The position numbers were made by a program, and so were the translations under genes. Below are positions 1-10,349 of a stretch of DNA of 64,000 bases, piece after piece (within the stretch, counting starts at the first letter, position 1; the number at the start of each line of letters is the position of its first letter). The DNA is taken from assembly GCA_041937175.2 (NCBI GenBank), contig CP166615.1:2720001-2784000 (forward strand), given 5' to 3'. This DNA comes from Limnothrix sp. BL-A-16 (GTDB lineage: Bacteria; Cyanobacteriota; Cyanobacteriia; CACIAM-69d). Under the pieces are notes generated by a model, which did not search any database, was not told the DNA's origin, and saw nothing but the letters and a program-made list of their open reading frames with translations.

Positions 1-1014
1 GATCAACGCTTGAGCCAGGGCGATCGCATCACCGGCCGGGAATAGCAAACCGCTCACGCCGGATTCAATCACCTCCGCAGCCCCGCCCACGCCTGTGCTC
101 AAAACCGTTAGCCCAGCCGCCATCGCTTCAACCTGCACAATTCCAAAGGCTTCCGGCTGAATCGAAGGGAACACAAAGACATTGTGCTGAGCACAACAGT
201 CAGCCAGTTGCGATCGATCCAAATGACCAACCAATCGCACTCGATGGGCTAACCCTGTTTGTTGCAGGTACTGTTGCAGAGCCGCTAGATAATCCGCGTG
301 GATAGCGTTACCCGCGATCGTGCATTCAAAGTCCACTTGCTGCTGTTGAAGCACCGTCAGGGCCTCCAGCAGGGTGTGGGGGCCCTTGGTTTGAATCACC
401 AACCCGGCGTACAAAATTCGCAGCTTGTCTCGCTGGGGCAACGTGGGCCGGCTGAATTGCCGTACCAGCGCGCCGGGATAAATCGTTGATGTTTCCAGTT
501 GCGTCAACCCTGAATCTCGCACCGCCTGAGCCACGGCCTCGCTAGCGGTGGCCAAGTGATAGAGCGGGTGCTGGGGAGCAAGGGTTGGTGGATAAGGAAC
601 CTGGGCAAACCCCAGGTGATGAATTGTTGGAATTTGTTGTTCCAGCAAAGGCCCAAAGACCGCCGGGCCGAGGAACGAGATATTACCAACCAGGCAAAGA
701 TCGGGCTGAACTTGTGCCAAAACCTCGCGCAGGATGCGATCGTTATGGGCCAAGATTGCGTTGATCTGGTTAGGATCCTGCAATTCTTGGGTTTGACCTT
801 CATAAGTTCCCCACAGTTGCAAGCGGCGATCAATGCCATCCTCTTGACTTGGCGTGCAACCCAGGTAAGGCGCATCGCTGGTTAGAACCTGTATTTGGTG
901 ACCACGGGACTGCAACCCAGCAGCAAAATCTGCGAGCGATCGACCATACCCCCCCAACTCCTGCGGCGGATAGAGATTGGTAAGGATCAGAATTTGCTTA
1001 AAGCGTCGTACCAT
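1..1014 (-). CDS. Glycosyltransferase family 4 protein (runs off the window's left end; not in ORF track)
   Basis: Manual translation from ATG at 1014 gives MVRRFKQILILTNLYPPQELGGYGRSLADF... The C-terminal part has the GT-B motif VFVFPSIQPEAFGIVQVEAMAAGL. Confidence 0.88.
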   Translation of the reverse strand, partial: MVRRFKQILILTNLYPPQELGGYGRSLADFAAGLQSRGHQIQVLTSDAPYLGCTPSQEDGIDRRLQLWGTYEGQTQELQDPNQINAILAHNDRILREVLAQVQPDLCLVGNISFLGPAVFGPLLEQQIPTIHHLGFAQVPYPPTLAPQHPLYHLATASEAVAQAVRDSGLTQLETSTIYPGALVRQFSRPTLPQRDKLRILYAGLVIQTKGPHTLLEALTVLQQQQVDFECTIAGNAIHADYLAALQQYLQQTGLAHRVRLVGHLDRSQLADCCAQHNVFVFPSIQPEAFGIVQVEAMAAGLTVLSTGVGGAAEVIESGVSGLLFPAGDAIALAQALI

Positions 1015-1080
1015 TGTCAAGATTTCATATTTGTGAAGACCCTGCTAATTCCGTGAATAGCCATAGCAGCAATACCCTCA

Positions 1081-4000
1081 TTAGAACTGCACAAAATCCA
1101 TTACTGGACAAAAAGGTGATAGAGGGCGGCCACTAAAGACAACCGCCAGTAAATCTGCTAGCCGATGGTGATAAGTATGATGACGATAGAGGGTTTCAAT
1201 CGCCTTCCTCATATAGGGATAGCGGCGCTCAGGGTATTGTACAAAATATTCGATTGCTTCTAGGTATTCGCTCGGATTTCCTGCCATTACTACTTCATCA
1301 GCACCGAAGAAATCACGAATCCGCCGGACTCGATCGCTCACGACAAAACCACCACAAGCTGGAGCGTTGAATACTCGCTCGTTGCAAGTAAACCCCTCAA
1401 CTTCAAAAGCATGGTGTAAATTTAAGGCAATGGCAGAAGAAGAATAAAAATAGGGAGCTTTTCGATTAAACTCTCCAGCAGTCAAGAAACTATTCTTAGC
1501 TTTTTTAAAAGAAGACTGAGTCCAATCAGGTCCTATTAAGAGGTAGTTATACTTTTTCAGTGGCTCTAGCCAAAAGTCTTGAAAACGCGATGCTTTTTCT
1601 GAAAAAGTACCAATAAAAAACAGATCCCGTTCTAATTCAACGGGAGCAGGAACATGGGAATAGATATTAACCCCCCAAGGAAAGCTCATTACAGGAATAC
1701 CATACTCAGTCACGTAGCGCGAGAAAAAGTAATGATTGCCTTCAAGGGACAATTCTGATATCGCTAGAGCAATAAATTTAGAATACTTTTCTAGACTATC
1801 TAGTGCTTTTAAGGTCATGCCAGGCACTTTAGTAGGTTGTAAGTTCACATCATTAAAATATCGTGCAAAAACAATGATCTTATTTTTTGGCTCGTAAATT
1901 AGATGTTCAATTTTCTCCAGGCTTTCTGCGTGAGCAACAATGATAACCAATTCACTATATTGTTCTAATATTTCGTGAAAGCCCGCTTCTCTACCTTCTT
2001 CCAGGAACAAGAAAGGAATATTCCAAGAATTTGCCACTTCAGCAAGCCCAATTAATCTCACATTTGCTGCATAAGGCAAGGGACCATAGTAACAAATAGC
2101 ATGAGGCTGATTTTTCCACTCGCTATAATTCGAGATTTGTTTTAGAGAAAAACTAATTGCATCAACTCCAGCAATGTCGAACCGACTTTCAGCTATCGCT
2201 GTCAGAGTTAACTGCGATACTTTTGTATCAGAATCTAGCAAAGGGTGAAACAGAGGAGTTTCATCAATTTGTGATTGAAGGCCACGCGCACTCTGCATCC
2301 TTATGGAACTGCATCTTGTATCATCCAGCTTAGGAGAGTGTTCACGTGTTGCTATGACCGACAATAGTTCAGAGGTATCAGCCGTTTCTTGTAAGTAAGA
2401 CAAGTTGGAAATATCAGACGAAGATTTAAACGCAGAAATCACATTTTCAACATTTTCTATCAGTGATGAATTGATCGACACAGTTTCACTTAAGAAGATA
2501 AGTTTTCTAAAGCAACGATTAGCTTTTTCAAAATCACCACTGATAAGACTTGCTATGGTCAAATTATAAAGTGCCTCCACTCTAGTAGGGTTAACTAATA
2601 TCGCTTGCTCATAAGCATGAGCAGCAATTGATGGAACAGAGAACGTAGCTTCAGCGAGCATGAGATTGCCAAATTGCAAATATGCGCTGTATTTAGCCGC
2701 ATTTATATCTGAACACATTTGTATCTCTGGGTAGAGATCATTTATATTGCTTTTTTGGTAGGTACTTTCAAGAAGTTCAATAGTTTTTGGGATAACTTGA
2801 TTTTCCGTCGCACCCGCAGTAGACGCACCTCTTGAGTGAATACGGTACTTAATAAGTGGCTGATCTATATATGAGTAGTTGAGATGTGATGCCGACTTTA
2901 GCCAGAAGTGATAGTCTGCAACAAAACCACCCTCAAATCCACCCATATTTAGTATAGACGAACGGCGTAACATTGTTGTTGGATGTGCAACGATATTACG
3001 AGAGAAAAGAGTTCTTAATAAATTCCATTGATTAATGAGCTTGGACTGTGGATGCCATAAACCAAAGCTGGTTTTCAAAATATTGCCGTTCTCATCTATA
3101 TGATAGCCATCAGAAAATACAACATCCAGTCTTGAATCAGACTCAAACTGCTGCAACTGTACTTCTAGACGATTGGGTAAGCAAACATCATCAGCACCTA
3201 TAAAAGCAATCAGATCACCTGCTGCTTCTTGTACAACTTTATTTGCAAGTCGGCTATAGTCACCTGTCTTTCCGACATTTTCTTGATAGATATATCGAAT
3301 TCTAGTATCGCTAGTATATTCTTCAATAATTGAGCGGGTTCTATCAGTTGAACCATCATCCAGTATCAGAAGTTCAAAATTAGTGTATGTTTGTTGTAAA
3401 ATAGATTCAATGCATTCACCAATATACCGTTCTCCATTGAAAACATAAGTCACTACTGAAACTTTAATTCCGCGAGACCGAGACGGTTGAGAAGCGTTAT
3501 TGGGATCTTTTAAGATCGAGCGCAAAGGGATATCTATTTCATCCAAGTTAATGAATTTATAGTTTTTCTTTTTTTTCATTTCAACAATTTCTGTTAATAT
3601 TCTAAAGTAACGATTGCTCCATGTATGGTCTCGAATCGTCCTTCGATAAGCAGACAACGCTATTTCCTCTCTTTCTGTCTCTTTGAAGAGATAGTGGTTG
3701 ATTTTCTCAACAAGATCGTAAAAATTTTGATAAAATACAATTTCCTTTCCTTCAACAAAAAAATCTTTTAGGCGCTCATCATAGTTGGTAAGTTGGAATA
3801 CTTGACAAGCAGCATACTCAAAGGTTCGACCCTTAATCTGAGGTTGTTGGGGATTTGTTGAGCACCATGCCATACCCAGACAGATTTTAGAGGAGGAAAA
3901 AACACTCAACATATCTTCGTGTGTCAAGTATCCTCCGGCAATATCCACAAGGGAGGGAACCTGATCCCACCCATGACCCCATACCTTAACATTGATTCCA

Positions 4001-4542
4001 CTGTCTTTTAGAAAAGAGATTAGTTCTAAGCGTCCAGGATAGAGTTGCCCGACAAAAGTTACATCGTACTGCTTTTGACTGACCTTGATTGGGAAGTATA
4101 AGTTGGGGTTACAACCCCATTGGCTCAAAATCGTCTGCTTGTAGCCTAACTTTTGATACTTTTGCCAAGCTTCACGACATGTGGTGACTGCAAAGTTGTA
4201 TAAATCAAGCCATGCCAAAGAGTGACCAAATCTCCAATCATCATCACTAAACAAAACTATTGACGTTGTGGTTTTCAGATCTCTGATATAACCAGCCAAT
4301 GAGCGGTCTAACTCGCTCTCAACAATGGCATGCAGAAATATATCTGGCTCTTGATCGTCAATCACTGACTTAAGCTTCTGGTTCATTGCTTCATGCCCCA
4401 AAAGTTTAAGCTCCGCTGAAAAATTAAAGTCAACCACTTCAAACCCTAGGTCTTCCAGAGGACATTTAATGTTGTGGTAACCATAACTCCCGGTTAGCTT
4501 ATTTGGCTCGTCAGAGTCAGGAGCAAAAAACAAAATTTTCAT
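1081..4542 (-). CDS. Multidomain glycosyltransferase: CgeB-like GT-B + GT2 + TPR-like + second CgeB-like GT-B
   Basis: N-terminal YDVTFVG...IKGRTFEYAAC; central GT2 VSVVTYVFNGERY...LILDDGSTD...FIGADD; C-terminal LFFIGT...CNERVFNAPACGGFVVSD. Confidence 0.85.
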   Translation of the reverse strand: MKILFFAPDSDEPNKLTGSYGYHNIKCPLEDLGFEVVDFNFSAELKLLGHEAMNQKLKSVIDDQEPDIFLHAIVESELDRSLAGYIRDLKTTTSIVLFSDDDWRFGHSLAWLDLYNFAVTTCREAWQKYQKLGYKQTILSQWGCNPNLYFPIKVSQKQYDVTFVGQLYPGRLELISFLKDSGINVKVWGHGWDQVPSLVDIAGGYLTHEDMLSVFSSSKICLGMAWCSTNPQQPQIKGRTFEYAACQVFQLTNYDERLKDFFVEGKEIVFYQNFYDLVEKINHYLFKETEREEIALSAYRRTIRDHTWSNRYFRILTEIVEMKKKKNYKFINLDEIDIPLRSILKDPNNASQPSRSRGIKVSVVTYVFNGERYIGECIESILQQTYTNFELLILDDGSTDRTRSIIEEYTSDTRIRYIYQENVGKTGDYSRLANKVVQEAAGDLIAFIGADDVCLPNRLEVQLQQFESDSRLDVVFSDGYHIDENGNILKTSFGLWHPQSKLINQWNLLRTLFSRNIVAHPTTMLRRSSILNMGGFEGGFVADYHFWLKSASHLNYSYIDQPLIKYRIHSRGASTAGATENQVIPKTIELLESTYQKSNINDLYPEIQMCSDINAAKYSAYLQFGNLMLAEATFSVPSIAAHAYEQAILVNPTRVEALYNLTIASLISGDFEKANRCFRKLIFLSETVSINSSLIENVENVISAFKSSSDISNLSYLQETADTSELLSVIATREHSPKLDDTRCSSIRMQSARGLQSQIDETPLFHPLLDSDTKVSQLTLTAIAESRFDIAGVDAISFSLKQISNYSEWKNQPHAICYYGPLPYAANVRLIGLAEVANSWNIPFLFLEEGREAGFHEILEQYSELVIIVAHAESLEKIEHLIYEPKNKIIVFARYFNDVNLQPTKVPGMTLKALDSLEKYSKFIALAISELSLEGNHYFFSRYVTEYGIPVMSFPWGVNIYSHVPAPVELERDLFFIGTFSEKASRFQDFWLEPLKKYNYLLIGPDWTQSSFKKAKNSFLTAGEFNRKAPYFYSSSAIALNLHHAFEVEGFTCNERVFNAPACGGFVVSDRVRRIRDFFGADEVVMAGNPSEYLEAIEYFVQYPERRYPYMRKAIETLYRHHTYHHRLADLLAVVFSGRPLSPFCPVMDFVQF

Positions 4543-4654
4543 GATTCCAATACCAAATTTTTAGTGATAAGGATTATTTCAGTTTGTATTCGCATTTATT
4601 CTATTTCATCATTGCATTAAGCTTGCTTCAAGCGTCACTTAGTAGTTGTTAAGG

Positions 4655-6184
4655 TCAGTCGAAGACAGCGTACAGGTCACCTCCTAAGAAATTGTGTCCA
4701 TGGTTTATGAAGTTAGTTATGGTTTCCATATCAACCCATTCCTGAAATCGCATTATTGGGTAACTGCCAATAGAGACATTGAACTTGCTGTAGCCTAAGG
4801 AAGAAAGATGGCGTAGGCATTCTGCAATATTATCAGGAAACTCTTTCAAAAACTCAAATGATATGTAAGGTATCGGGGAACTCAGACCACGCAAAACGTC
4901 TGATTCAAATCCTTCAACATCAATTTTACAAAATCTAGGAACTCCATAGAAATCAATTGCTGAATCTAAAGTCATTGTGTCGACTACAACTTGCTGATCC
5001 CAAGTGAAGTCATAGAAATTACCAAATCTTCCTGTTTTCCACTCATTTGCAAAAGTTGCAATCTGACTCTCAGAAGAGCATATGTTTAAGATTAACTTTC
5101 CTGGCTCTCTTGCCAGACCTTTATTAACTATAGTCACTTCATCCATGAAGCCGTAGCGTTGCATGAGAACTGACACACAGCCAGGGTGTGGCTCAAAGCA
5201 GACCACTTTAGCCCCACAAGATAAATAAGCTTCAGTCTTATATCCTCGATTTGCACCAACATCAAACACTAAGTCTCCTGATCTAACAAACTTTTTCAGA
5301 AAATTCTTTTCTGTTTCACGAATTGTGTAACCTTGATAAACGGAGTTCACTTTTGGCGCTTTTATTAGATGTGCACAGTATAGGAGATATTCACCAGCTT
5401 GAAAAGATGACAAGTTCTGAGCATGAACAGGGTTGCCGAGAGAGTCTAAATAGAGTTCATCAATAGTCAAGTAGCCTGGAAAGTGCTGCAGTAGTGAATC
5501 AACTGAAAAAATTTGATATCTATCGAAAAGTACTGATGGATTTCCAAGATAAATACTTATCAAGAGGTGACCTCCCTCTTGCATCACTCGTTCAATTTCT
5601 TTGGCTACCTCCCAAGCAGCATTTGCGGAAACCTGTCCATACTGCTCAATGAGTCCGACTTTGGAGAGCGTATCAATTGCCACCACCCATGATTTGGATG
5701 AATCTTGATAAGGTAGGCTGTACACACCGCCATAGTGCTCTCTTAATCCGAATGGCAGGCGTGCATCAGGTAGGGGACTAGGAGTGACACGGTCAGTCCA
5801 AGAGATTTGAGATATAACCATAGAGAATGCACGGTCTTCGCTTAGATCTAAAACTTCTTTAGGCTGCCACTCGGACACAGCACGTAGACACCAGGCTTGG
5901 CGTTTGACTGTTGATGAAGCCAGATTACTATCTTGTATGATCTCGGAGCCTGGAAGGCAAGGAGGATGAAAGATAATGTTTTGTAGCCTAGAGCCACTTT
6001 CTTTTTTCAGAAGTGATCGACAATAACTGAGGAATTTCTTGCGATAAGAAGTCCACTCAGGAGATAGTAGGTATGACAAAGGGTATCGGGACTCATACTG
6101 ACTAAGAGCGTCCAGAATTTCTACAATTTCTAATTTTCGATCACTCTGTAAATTTGTGTTATTCGCAATGTCCATCGTTTTCAC
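4655..6184 (-). CDS. FkbM-family methyltransferase with an extra N-terminal MTase-like (DUF268-like) domain
   Basis: LVFDVGANRG, VVCFEP and KIDVEGFESDVLRG motifs in the C-terminal half. Confidence 0.8.
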   Translation of the reverse strand: MKTMDIANNTNLQSDRKLEIVEILDALSQYESRYPLSYLLSPEWTSYRKKFLSYCRSLLKKESGSRLQNIIFHPPCLPGSEIIQDSNLASSTVKRQAWCLRAVSEWQPKEVLDLSEDRAFSMVISQISWTDRVTPSPLPDARLPFGLREHYGGVYSLPYQDSSKSWVVAIDTLSKVGLIEQYGQVSANAAWEVAKEIERVMQEGGHLLISIYLGNPSVLFDRYQIFSVDSLLQHFPGYLTIDELYLDSLGNPVHAQNLSSFQAGEYLLYCAHLIKAPKVNSVYQGYTIRETEKNFLKKFVRSGDLVFDVGANRGYKTEAYLSCGAKVVCFEPHPGCVSVLMQRYGFMDEVTIVNKGLAREPGKLILNICSSESQIATFANEWKTGRFGNFYDFTWDQQVVVDTMTLDSAIDFYGVPRFCKIDVEGFESDVLRGLSSPIPYISFEFLKEFPDNIAECLRHLSSLGYSKFNVSIGSYPIMRFQEWVDMETITNFINHGHNFLGGDLYAVFD

Positions 6185-6221
6185 TTTGCTATGAAGTCAT
6201 AGTTCAGCAAGTCAACAAGCG

Positions 6222-7466
6222 TTAGGGACTTGTGGCTACCATGTTTTTGTGACTACTTGCAACGCAGACATCCAATGACTGAATAACTACATCCTGAACT
6301 GATTCAGTCATTTGGTGATAAAGGGGCAATATAACTTGATGATCTTGCAAGTATTCGCTGTTCTGTAGTTTTTCACAGCTGCCGGGGTTGCATTTACAGC
6401 CTGCGTAAAATCCTTCACAACGCCATTCATAACGCTCATCGAGACCTAATGCTTTTTCTCGGTGTGCACACATGACACCCCTTCGAGTAGCAATATTTTG
6501 GTCTCGCAACATTTGCATAACGGTTCTTTGCAATTTACTGCTAGAAAGCGTGACGGGGTAGCTTTGCCAGTTGCTACGTGCCCAAGCAGGCTGATGAGGA
6601 AGACGAATATTATTGATATGGATAAGCTGCTTTGAATATCGGTCCGCCAGGTGTCGGCGCTTCTCCAGCATAACTGGTAATTTTTTAAGCTGCTCTCTTC
6701 CGATAGCTGCTTGGATATCGGTCATCCTATAGTTGTAACCCATAACGGGATAGGACTCAAAAACGACCTCTGTGCTGTGATGACGCACAGTGTCTGGGAT
6801 GCTCATTCCGTGTTGTCTCCACAGTCTGAATTGCTTATCCCATTCAGAGTTATTGGTGGTGATCATACCACCATCCCCAGTAGTTACCACTTTTCGCGGA
6901 TGGAATGAGAAGCAAGCGATATCTCCATGTGGCTTACCAATTTTATCCCATTCGCCATCCCACAAAATTTCGCTTCCAATAGCACATGCAGCATCTTCGA
7001 TCACCGGCAGTCCGTAGGACTTTGCCAGCGGTATAATTGCCTGTAGATCGCATGGCATACCAACTTGATGGACACATAGAATTGCGCGAGTTTTTGAGTT
7101 TATGACAGATTCAATTTTATCAACATCTATGTTATGTGTGATCGAACAGACATCTACAAAAACGGGTATTGCGGCACAGTAACGAATACTGTTTGCCGTT
7201 GCGATATATGACTGACTAACAGTTATTACTTCATCACCTTGCTTTACACCAACCGCAAGAAGCGCTAAGTGCAGTGCCGTTGTGCAACTAGAAACTGCAC
7301 AAGCATAGTTTGCACCAACATAAGCTGCAAATTCGTTCTCGAATTTATTTACTTCAGATCCCTGAGTGACCCATCCTGAGAGAATTACACGCTGAGCGGC
7401 AAGCGCTTCTGACTCATCAAGCCAGGGTTTGGCTACAGGGATAAAAGAACTATCATTAGAGATCAT
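6222..7466 (-). CDS. DegT/DnrJ/EryC1/StrS PLP-dependent sugar aminotransferase
   Basis: AVSSCTTALHLALLA, IEDAAC, FSFHPRKVVTTGDGG, GYNYRMTDIQAAIG. Confidence 0.93.
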   Translation of the reverse strand: MISNDSSFIPVAKPWLDESEALAAQRVILSGWVTQGSEVNKFENEFAAYVGANYACAVSSCTTALHLALLAVGVKQGDEVITVSQSYIATANSIRYCAAIPVFVDVCSITHNIDVDKIESVINSKTRAILCVHQVGMPCDLQAIIPLAKSYGLPVIEDAACAIGSEILWDGEWDKIGKPHGDIACFSFHPRKVVTTGDGGMITTNNSEWDKQFRLWRQHGMSIPDTVRHHSTEVVFESYPVMGYNYRMTDIQAAIGREQLKKLPVMLEKRRHLADRYSKQLIHINNIRLPHQPAWARSNWQSYPVTLSSSKLQRTVMQMLRDQNIATRRGVMCAHREKALGLDERYEWRCEGFYAGCKCNPGSCEKLQNSEYLQDHQVILPLYHQMTESVQDVVIQSLDVCVASSHKNMVATSP

Positions 7467-7494
7467 AGATAACTTTTGCGATAAGAACAGGTTA

Positions 7495-8505
7495 TTAGGA
7501 TACCTTCCAGTTATGAACTATCTCTGCCTTCAGGAGATCTTCAGGCGATAGGCCAGAGTTCCGATACCAATGTAGAAGCCGTTTGAGTCCTTCTTTGAGA
7601 TCTACTTTTGGCTCAAACCCTAGAATATCACGAGACTTTTGAGTGTCTGCATACAATCGAAGAACGTCACCAGGTCTGGGCAAGTCGTAGAGTGGTTCAA
7701 TCTCAGAATTACCTATTAAAAACAGTATTTCCTCTGCTAATTTGGACACTGACACCTCATAACCACTCCCAATATTGATTGTTTGACCTACCGCCTCATC
7801 AGTAAAGCCGGCCAGCAAAATCCCCCGAGCCGTATCACTGACGTATGTAAAGTCTCTAGTCTGATTACCATCACCAAAAATGACTGGTTGGATGCCAGCC
7901 ATACTGCGTATCAGAAACTTGGGAATGACTTCCCCTGAGTCTCCTTCATGATGACAGTGCGGCCCGTAAGCATTGAAAGGTCTCACCACGACTGTGGGAT
8001 AGCTGTACGTTTCATAGAACGCGCGAGTATAGGACTCTCCCGCCAGTTTAGCAGCTCCGTATACGGTCATCGGAAATGTTGGATGCTCTTCAGTCATTGG
8101 TACAGCTCTAGCTGTGCCGTATACTTCCGAGCTAGAAATATACACAAATTTTCTGACTCCAGTCTGCCGTGCTGCTATCAGTAACTTGAGGGTAGCGTTT
8201 GCATTAACATCGTGATTTTCTAAGGGAGAATGAATTGAGTGGCGAACTCCCAAGCAGGCAAGATGAAACACAATATCAACGCCTTTGAGAAGCTTAGCGA
8301 TAAGTTCGCTATTCCTGATGTCCTCAATACATAGCTGACAAGACCCATTATCAATATCAATGAGGTTTTCTAGCTTCCCGTTGACTAGGTTGTCTATTAC
8401 AACAACTTCATGACCGTCAAGACAGAGCTGGCGGACAAGTTCGGAGCCAATGAAGCCAGCCCCGCCGGTAACTGCTACTTTACAAGGTTTTGTATTCATA
8501 GACAC
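7495..8505 (-). CDS. NAD-dependent nucleotide-sugar epimerase/dehydratase (extended SDR)
   Basis: TGGAGFIGS, SSSEVYG, YGAAK, GDGNQTRDFTYVSD. Confidence 0.93.
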   Translation of the reverse strand: MSMNTKPCKVAVTGGAGFIGSELVRQLCLDGHEVVVIDNLVNGKLENLIDIDNGSCQLCIEDIRNSELIAKLLKGVDIVFHLACLGVRHSIHSPLENHDVNANATLKLLIAARQTGVRKFVYISSSEVYGTARAVPMTEEHPTFPMTVYGAAKLAGESYTRAFYETYSYPTVVVRPFNAYGPHCHHEGDSGEVIPKFLIRSMAGIQPVIFGDGNQTRDFTYVSDTARGILLAGFTDEAVGQTINIGSGYEVSVSKLAEEILFLIGNSEIEPLYDLPRPGDVLRLYADTQKSRDILGFEPKVDLKEGLKRLLHWYRNSGLSPEDLLKAEIVHNWKVS

Positions 8506-8534
8506 AGACTTTTACTAGACTTTTTGTCTCTAAT

Positions 8535-9215
8535 TTATGTACGCCACTTAATAAAGCGAGCCGGAACACCAGCAACAACTGAAAAGGGCGGGACATCTTT
8601 GGTTACAATTGATCCAGCTCCGATGATACTACCTTCCCCAACAACCACACCGGGAAGCAATACCGCATTCATCCCGATATCGGCACCGTCTTCAACCCGA
8701 ACAGGAGCAACTTGCAAGTCAGTTGTAATTATGGGTGCATCCAGAGGCAACCCGATGTGCTCTGAGCCAAGCACCTTAGCACCTGGCCCCCAACCAACGT
8801 ACTTCCCTATGCTTAAATCGCGAGCATCAAAGTAACTTTGGGGGCCAATCCAAGAATAATCACCAATACAACAGTTTCCTCCTAAACGTCCCTGTATATA
8901 TACCTGAGATCCAACAAAAACACCTTCACCGAATTCCACTGACTCCAAATGCTTAAAGTCAAAACCTGGCTCCACTGTTAGTCCACATCCTGCCGATTTC
9001 GACAATGCGTGAACGATCACCTTGCGCATCATATAATCGATAGCTGATCGACCCGTTAAGAACCGACGGTATTCTAGATGAATTTCTTCCAGGGTACACG
9101 TATTTTTGAGAAATTCTACTAGTTTAATTTCAAATTCAGGGTCTGTGGATATTCGTTGCTTGGCTCGAATAGCTTCTACGTTATAACGACGTGAATGCCT
9201 ACTTCCGCTTGACAT
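8535..9215 (-). CDS. Left-handed beta-helix acyl/acetyltransferase
   Basis: Hexapeptide repeats; IIGAGSIVTKDVPPFSVVAGVPAR. Confidence 0.9.
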   Translation of the reverse strand: MSSGSRHSRRYNVEAIRAKQRISTDPEFEIKLVEFLKNTCTLEEIHLEYRRFLTGRSAIDYMMRKVIVHALSKSAGCGLTVEPGFDFKHLESVEFGEGVFVGSQVYIQGRLGGNCCIGDYSWIGPQSYFDARDLSIGKYVGWGPGAKVLGSEHIGLPLDAPIITTDLQVAPVRVEDGADIGMNAVLLPGVVVGEGSIIGAGSIVTKDVPPFSVVAGVPARFIKWRT

Positions 9216-10320
9216 AGCGTATACCTTCCTCTACAGCTTTGCAGACTGCACAAACCTGTTCCTGAGTCATTTCTGGATAGATGGGCAAGGATAGAACCTC
9301 ATTGGCAGCTATCTCGGAGTGAGGAAACTTATTCTTTGTTTGTCGGCGATCTCGGTAGCCTTCTTGTAAATGGACTGGAATCGGGTAGTGAATGCCTGTC
9401 TGAACTCCTTTGCCCTGCAAAAGTGTTTGCAAGGATGCTCGATCAAAGACTCTCAAGGCGTAGATATGGTAAACATGCGATGAGTAAGGCATAACTTCAG
9501 GAACAAGGATACCAAGATTCCCAAGGTAGTCATCATATTGCTTGGCAACCCGACAACGTTGTTCAGTCCATTTATCTATGTACTTTAATTTGACCCTTAA
9601 AATTGCGCCTTGCAGCCCATCCATTCGATAATTGAATCCTCTTTCAGAGTGATAATATCTTTGACGCTGCCCCCAATTTCGCAGAATTCTCATTTTTTCC
9701 GCAAAACCTGGATCACTAGTAACGGCGATACCACCTTCCCCGTAAGCTCCAAGATTTTTTCCTGGGTAGAAACTAAAGCATCCAATATCTCCTAGACTTC
9801 CAACCTTGCGTCCCCTGTATGTGGCACCGTGCGCTTGCGCTGCATCTTCAATAACAATTAAGTTATGCTTACGTGCAGTTGCCAATATTGCATCCATATC
9901 TGCCGATTGACCATAAAGGTGAACAGGCACAATAGCTTTTGTTTTTTCTGTGATTGCCGATTCGATCTGCCCAACCTGAATGGTGTAGGATGAATGATCG
10001 ATATCAACAAATACTGGTGTTGCTCCTGTGTACTCAATAGCAGCAACAGTAGCAACGAAAGTGAAGGGTACAGTAATAACTTCATCTCCCGGCTTCACGC
10101 CTGCAGCAAGTAAGGCCAAGTGTAATGCGCTAGTTCCCGAGTTCACTGCAACTGCCTCGCTGGAATCGCAGTAACGCGCAAACTCTGCTTCAAAGCTTTC
10201 AACTTCCTGGCCCAAAATGAATTGGCTGCTTAGGAGAACTTTATGAATTGCATCGTCAATCTCAGCTTGGATACTGAGATACTGTGTTTTAAGGTCTAAA
10301 AATGGGACTTGAATGTTCAT
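9199..10320 (-). CDS. DegT-family aminotransferase (WbpE/WlbC-like)
   Basis: Likely start MNIQVPFLDLK; VNSGTSALHLAL, IEDAAQAHGA, FSFYPGKNLGAYGEGG. Confidence 0.93.
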   Translation of the reverse strand: MNIQVPFLDLKTQYLSIQAEIDDAIHKVLLSSQFILGQEVESFEAEFARYCDSSEAVAVNSGTSALHLALLAAGVKPGDEVITVPFTFVATVAAIEYTGATPVFVDIDHSSYTIQVGQIESAITEKTKAIVPVHLYGQSADMDAILATARKHNLIVIEDAAQAHGATYRGRKVGSLGDIGCFSFYPGKNLGAYGEGGIAVTSDPGFAEKMRILRNWGQRQRYYHSERGFNYRMDGLQGAILRVKLKYIDKWTEQRCRVAKQYDDYLGNLGILVPEVMPYSSHVYHIYALRVFDRASLQTLLQGKGVQTGIHYPIPVHLQEGYRDRRQTKNKFPHSEIAANEVLSLPIYPEMTQEQVCAVCKAVEEGIRYVKRK

Positions 10321-10349
10321 AGGTTCTGACACTTTTATGAAAATCCTTT

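Noticed and set aside
298..885. Short ORFs listed at 298-885
   Set aside because: They overlap the real GT4 gene on the minus strand, which the track missed because it runs off the window.
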